Of a DNA stretch of 64,000 nucleotides, positions 60,878 to 64,000 are shown one piece after another. Numbering within the stretch: the stretch's first letter is position 1; each line of letters starts with the position of its first letter. This DNA is from a virus: the IMG/VR virus record IMGVR_UViG_3300045988_101835; one strand, written 5' to 3'. The notes below the pieces were generated by a model. That model was given only the letters and a program-made list of their open reading frames with translations, made no database searches and had not been told where the DNA came from. Made by a program: the position numbers and the translations under genes.

Positions 60878-60896
60878 GCATTATATATCCAACATC
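60878..60896 (+). promoter_or_regulatory. late-promoter motif copy 10 (variant lacking one A)
   Basis: GCATTATATATCCAACATC, 61 nt upstream of ATG 60957. The hairpin AAGACCAC-ATAGA-GTGGTCTT (60901-21) lies between them. Confidence 0.4.
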
Positions 60897-60956
60897 TTGT
60901 AAGACCACATAGAGTGGTCTTATGAGGTGTTTTTATTAAAATAAGGTTTCTTTGTT

Positions 60957-63900
60957 ATGGGTGATTTTTATACTCATGTTGTAGCGATCGATGATGATTC
61001 GATTGGTACGGCTCCGGAGTCCACGGGTGTTCGCCGTGTTGGTGACTCTGTTAGTTCGTTCCTGCAGGTGGAGTCGGGTGCTTCGCGTCGTGTTACGGAC
61101 GCGCGTCGTGGTGGTTTCACTGATGGGGAGATTCACAAGGTGGCTTGTAGTCTTTGCAGCATGTCGCGTGGCAGTCGCCGTGCGTCTTTGGCTAAGATGA
61201 GCGCTCCTTTGCGTCGTCGTCTTCTTGCGGAGGGTAAGCGCATTCAGTCTGTTGTTGCGGATTCGTTTATCGAGTACACGCCGGAGGTTTGCTGGGCCAT
61301 CAATGACATTATAGAGAATGACTCGTCTGCGGGTTATGACATCTTGAAGTCTAAGTACCGTTCTTTGCCGCCGGAGGTTAAGACGTTCTATGACGAGTTT
61401 TTGAAGAACCGTTACTCTCCTGCTGCTGTTCGTGCTCAGGAGATGTTGGGTCCTTATCGTCTTGTTCAGGATGACGCTCGTGTGGAGGCATTCCTTGAGG
61501 GTGGTTCTACGCAGGAGGGTGCTTTGGATGAGGTTATCGAGGCGGCTTCTGTTTCTGGCGAGGAGCTGTACGAGACTACTCAGGAGAAACTTGACGAGCT
61601 TGGCGAGCGTGCTCAGTCGGCAGCTATGACTTTCATTGAGGAGGTTTCTAATATCTACGAGGAGGGCATTGCGGATGTTGTTTCGGCCCAGACGTTGGCT
61701 TCCGCCGAGGAGGCTACGGAGGATGTCTTGGAGGCACCTATTCCGGAGGAGGATGTTGATGCCCTTCCTGATCCGAATGTGGATGATACGGATGCCGGAG
61801 CTTCTTCGGAGGTTCAGGATTCTGCCGCGTCTCCGGAGTTTGTTGTTCATGGTACTATTGATCCCGTAGATGATCCCGATTGGGCGTCTAAGAGTAAAGC
61901 TACCAATTGGGATATTGTAGACCTTGCTAGTTACACTCAGCGTCAGGAGTTCTTGGGTTCGCTTGGGAAGAAGGATGCTAAGGGTCGTGATCTTTATGGT
62001 CTTCGTTACTATTCTCCCAATGGTCGCAATTCGAGTGTTGCGGAGTTGATCTTCGAGGATTACTCTCGTTTGCTTGATCGTGCTAAGGCAGCATCATCGT
62101 CTAAGCCTGTTGCCGATGACGTCGATGGCTTGGTGTTGGCTTCGGAGCTTTCCGCTCAGCCGCTGCCTGCTGCTCAGGCGGCTCCAGTTGTTGAGGGTGC
62201 TATGTCGCAGGCTGTTCCGTCCGTTCCGGTTAACGTTGGTACTACGGTTCAGGTTTCGTATTTGGGTAATGTTTATTCGGGTGTCATCACTTCTGTTGGC
62301 AATGGTGTTGCCGTCATCGAGGGTCTTCCTTTTGAGTACTTCTCCTTGCGTCAGGCCGAGGGTGCCTTCACGGGTTCTGATGATGACGTGACTTTCGCCC
62401 TTGCGGATGTCGTTCCGGTTCAGATTGTCGAGGAGACGTCTGTTGCACCTTCGTCGAATGATGCTGACGTTATTATGGCTTCGGAGGATGTTGTTGAGGG
62501 CGATGATGCTCCGATAAGTGCGCCGGAGGAGACTCAGGTTACGGAGGATGAGATTATCGAGGATTCTGCTTCAGAGGAGTCTTCTAAGCTGATGGGTCGC
62601 ATTCTTAATGCCTACTTGGACCGGGGTGCTGCTGACGAGTTCGACGTCTATTTGACGGACGATAAGAGTGGTGGTCCTCGCCTGCATATCGTGTGCGGGG
62701 ATGATTCGCTTCATGCTTCTATTTTCTATCGTGGTAATCGTGGCTGGAATAAGGTTTATACCTTCGAGTCGGATGACGCTGCTATTGAGGCTGTCGAAGA
62801 GCTGACGGACGATGTTCTTGCGAAGCTTCCCGGCGTCATGGCGGAGCCTGTAGATGCTTCTGCTCTGCTGTTCGATAGTGTTCGTGACGATGTCGATCCT
62901 GCTGTTGTTTCGGAGTTCGAGTCTGTCGTGGGTCCTGAGATTCTCAACGACGTTGCTCCGCTTATTCATGTAGTTCATACGACCGAGGATGATGTTGTTC
63001 GACGGAGTGTATGGTCTTCGTTGAAGTCCATTGCGGAGGATATTATTCTGGACTTTGGTGACACTTTGGGTGGGTTGTCTGTAGGTGATATCTTGTCTAT
63101 CTTCAATAGTCACAAGTTTTCTACGCCGTGGGGTGCTGTTGTAGACTCTGCTGTTTCGGATGCTGCCGTTAACTTCACGGTCGATCAAATTATGACGGCT
63201 TTGCGCAATGGGGTTGACATTGCTAATGCGGATGATTCTGTATCTATCGTTTTTGATGATGGTGATGGTCTTGGTGATGTATTCGTATTCACCACGCCGT
63301 CGGGGTCGGTTGTTAAGGATGGCTCCGAGGCTGTTGCTTACTTGTCGGATCATCTTGCTGAGTTTAAGGACGCTATTTCGAATTCCTATGACGATATTTC
63401 AAAGGCTTTGGCTTCTGCGGGGTCCCCTACAGGCGAGGTTCCTGTGGAGGATGCGGAAGGCGATGTTTCTCCTGAAGTTGTGGTTGAAGATGCACCGCAT
63501 GCCGTAGACGAGACTTCCGATCCTGCAGCTATTGACTGGGGTGCTGTGGCTTTGGTTCTGAAGGACTGGGGTCTTGCTAATTGCTTCACTTTGGCTCAGA
63601 CGCCCGATCAGACTCATTTGGTTTCCGCTGCGGAGGCTTTGGCTTCGGCATTGTCTTCGGATACCCGTCTGGAGACTCGTCTTGATGCTTCTGTTCCTCG
63701 TATTCTTTGCAAGGATCAACGGTTTATTGACATCAAGGCCGATGGTGTCTATGTAGGCACTACGTTGTTTGTTTACCAGACTGCCGATGATGCTATTGTT
63801 ACCTTCGCGTCTACCATGTCGAATGCTGCTATTCAGCTTGCTCATAAGATTTACGATGCTACGGCTTCGGATGTTGTTGCTGAGGTTGCGAATGAGTTAT

Positions 63901-64000
63901 CGGAGGAAGAGGAGATCGCTCTGCTGCAGGATTCTTTGGAGACGGTTCGTTCGAAGGCTGATTGGAAGGATCGCCCGTGGGCACAGCATGCATCTTTCCT
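60957..64000 (+). CDS. giant acidic protein, N-terminal 1014+ codons (runs off the window; absent from the ORF track)
   Basis: I translated 60957-64000 codon by codon and found no stop (MGDFYTHVVAIDDDSIGTAPESTG...DWKDRPWAQHASF...). It is Asp/Glu/Val/Ala/Ser-rich with backbone codon usage. The antisense track ORFs here are artefacts. Confidence 0.7.
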   Translation, partial: MGDFYTHVVAIDDDSIGTAPESTGVRRVGDSVSSFLQVESGASRRVTDARRGGFTDGEIHKVACSLCSMSRGSRRASLAKMSAPLRRRLLAEGKRIQSVVADSFIEYTPEVCWAINDIIENDSSAGYDILKSKYRSLPPEVKTFYDEFLKNRYSPAAVRAQEMLGPYRLVQDDARVEAFLEGGSTQEGALDEVIEAASVSGEELYETTQEKLDELGERAQSAAMTFIEEVSNIYEEGIADVVSAQTLASAEEATEDVLEAPIPEEDVDALPDPNVDDTDAGASSEVQDSAASPEFVVHGTIDPVDDPDWASKSKATNWDIVDLASYTQRQEFLGSLGKKDAKGRDLYGLRYYSPNGRNSSVAELIFEDYSRLLDRAKAASSSKPVADDVDGLVLASELSAQPLPAAQAAPVVEGAMSQAVPSVPVNVGTTVQVSYLGNVYSGVITSVGNGVAVIEGLPFEYFSLRQAEGAFTGSDDDVTFALADVVPVQIVEETSVAPSSNDADVIMASEDVVEGDDAPISAPEETQVTEDEIIEDSASEESSKLMGRILNAYLDRGAADEFDVYLTDDKSGGPRLHIVCGDDSLHASIFYRGNRGWNKVYTFESDDAAIEAVEELTDDVLAKLPGVMAEPVDASALLFDSVRDDVDPAVVSEFESVVGPEILNDVAPLIHVVHTTEDDVVRRSVWSSLKSIAEDIILDFGDTLGGLSVGDILSIFNSHKFSTPWGAVVDSAVSDAAVNFTVDQIMTALRNGVDIANADDSVSIVFDDGDGLGDVFVFTTPSGSVVKDGSEAVAYLSDHLAEFKDAISNSYDDISKALASAGSPTGEVPVEDAEGDVSPEVVVEDAPHAVDETSDPAAIDWGAVALVLKDWGLANCFTLAQTPDQTHLVSAAEALASALSSDTRLETRLDASVPRILCKDQRFIDIKADGVYVGTTLFVYQTADDAIVTFASTMSNAAIQLAHKIYDATASDVVAEVANELSEEEEIALLQDSLETVRSKADWKDRPWAQHASF

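Noticed and set aside
1-64000. Initial impression of a crAss-like podovirus (Bacteroidota host, single-strand coding, giant ORF).
   Set aside because: The window encodes a sheath, gp19-like tubes, a tape measure and gpV/gp25/gpJ-like baseplate proteins. That is a contractile tail, which is incompatible with crAss-like podovirus architecture.

Overview
This 64-kb window is part of a densely coded dsDNA phage genome. Every confidently called backbone gene lies on the + strand. The gene content indicates a contractile-tailed (myovirus-type) phage: large terminase, portal, T4 gp21-like prohead protease, major capsid protein, tail sheath, two gp19-like tube paralogues, tape measure, M23 peptidase, and gpV / gp25(W) / gpJ-like baseplate genes. 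Seven promoters match the Bacteroidota architecture (-33 TTTG, exactly 20 nt, -7 TAnnTTTG), which points to a Bacteroidota host. The structural block (about 7.4-48.8 kb) is flanked by replication and regulation genes: a Dam-like MTase, a clamp-loader ATPase, a sigma-like factor, an SF2 helicase, a DnaB-like helicase, and a giant acidic ORF that runs off the window and is missing from the ORF track.

Main points:
1. A 13-nt invariant motif, CAATTATATATCC, heads every structural operon (10 sites). I interpret it as the phage late promoter, read by the phage sigma-like factor.
2. Nuclease-based selfish elements are very dense. There are two LAGLIDADG inteins (in the clamp loader and in TerL), two paralogous GIY-YIG homing endonucleases, a complete IS608/IS605-like element with textbook TTAC/TCAA end geometry, a second solo tnpB element, and an orphan 81-nt copy of that element's right end next to a foreign methyltransferase.
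3. A roughly 2.3-kb RNA locus holds four class-II tRNAs (2 Leu, 2 Ser; both Ser tRNAs fold with A34 anticodons). These are interspersed with about 1.6 kb of apparently non-coding, structured sequence that ends in a strong terminator.
4. There is a RelE-like toxin with three paralogous antitoxin-like genes.
5. The backbone coding strand is extremely T+G-rich and A-poor. This makes horizontally acquired islands stand out and produces long spurious antisense ORFs.

All functional calls rest on motifs I could read in the translations, on gene order, and on hand folding. No database search or covariance model was run, so family assignments are provisional.
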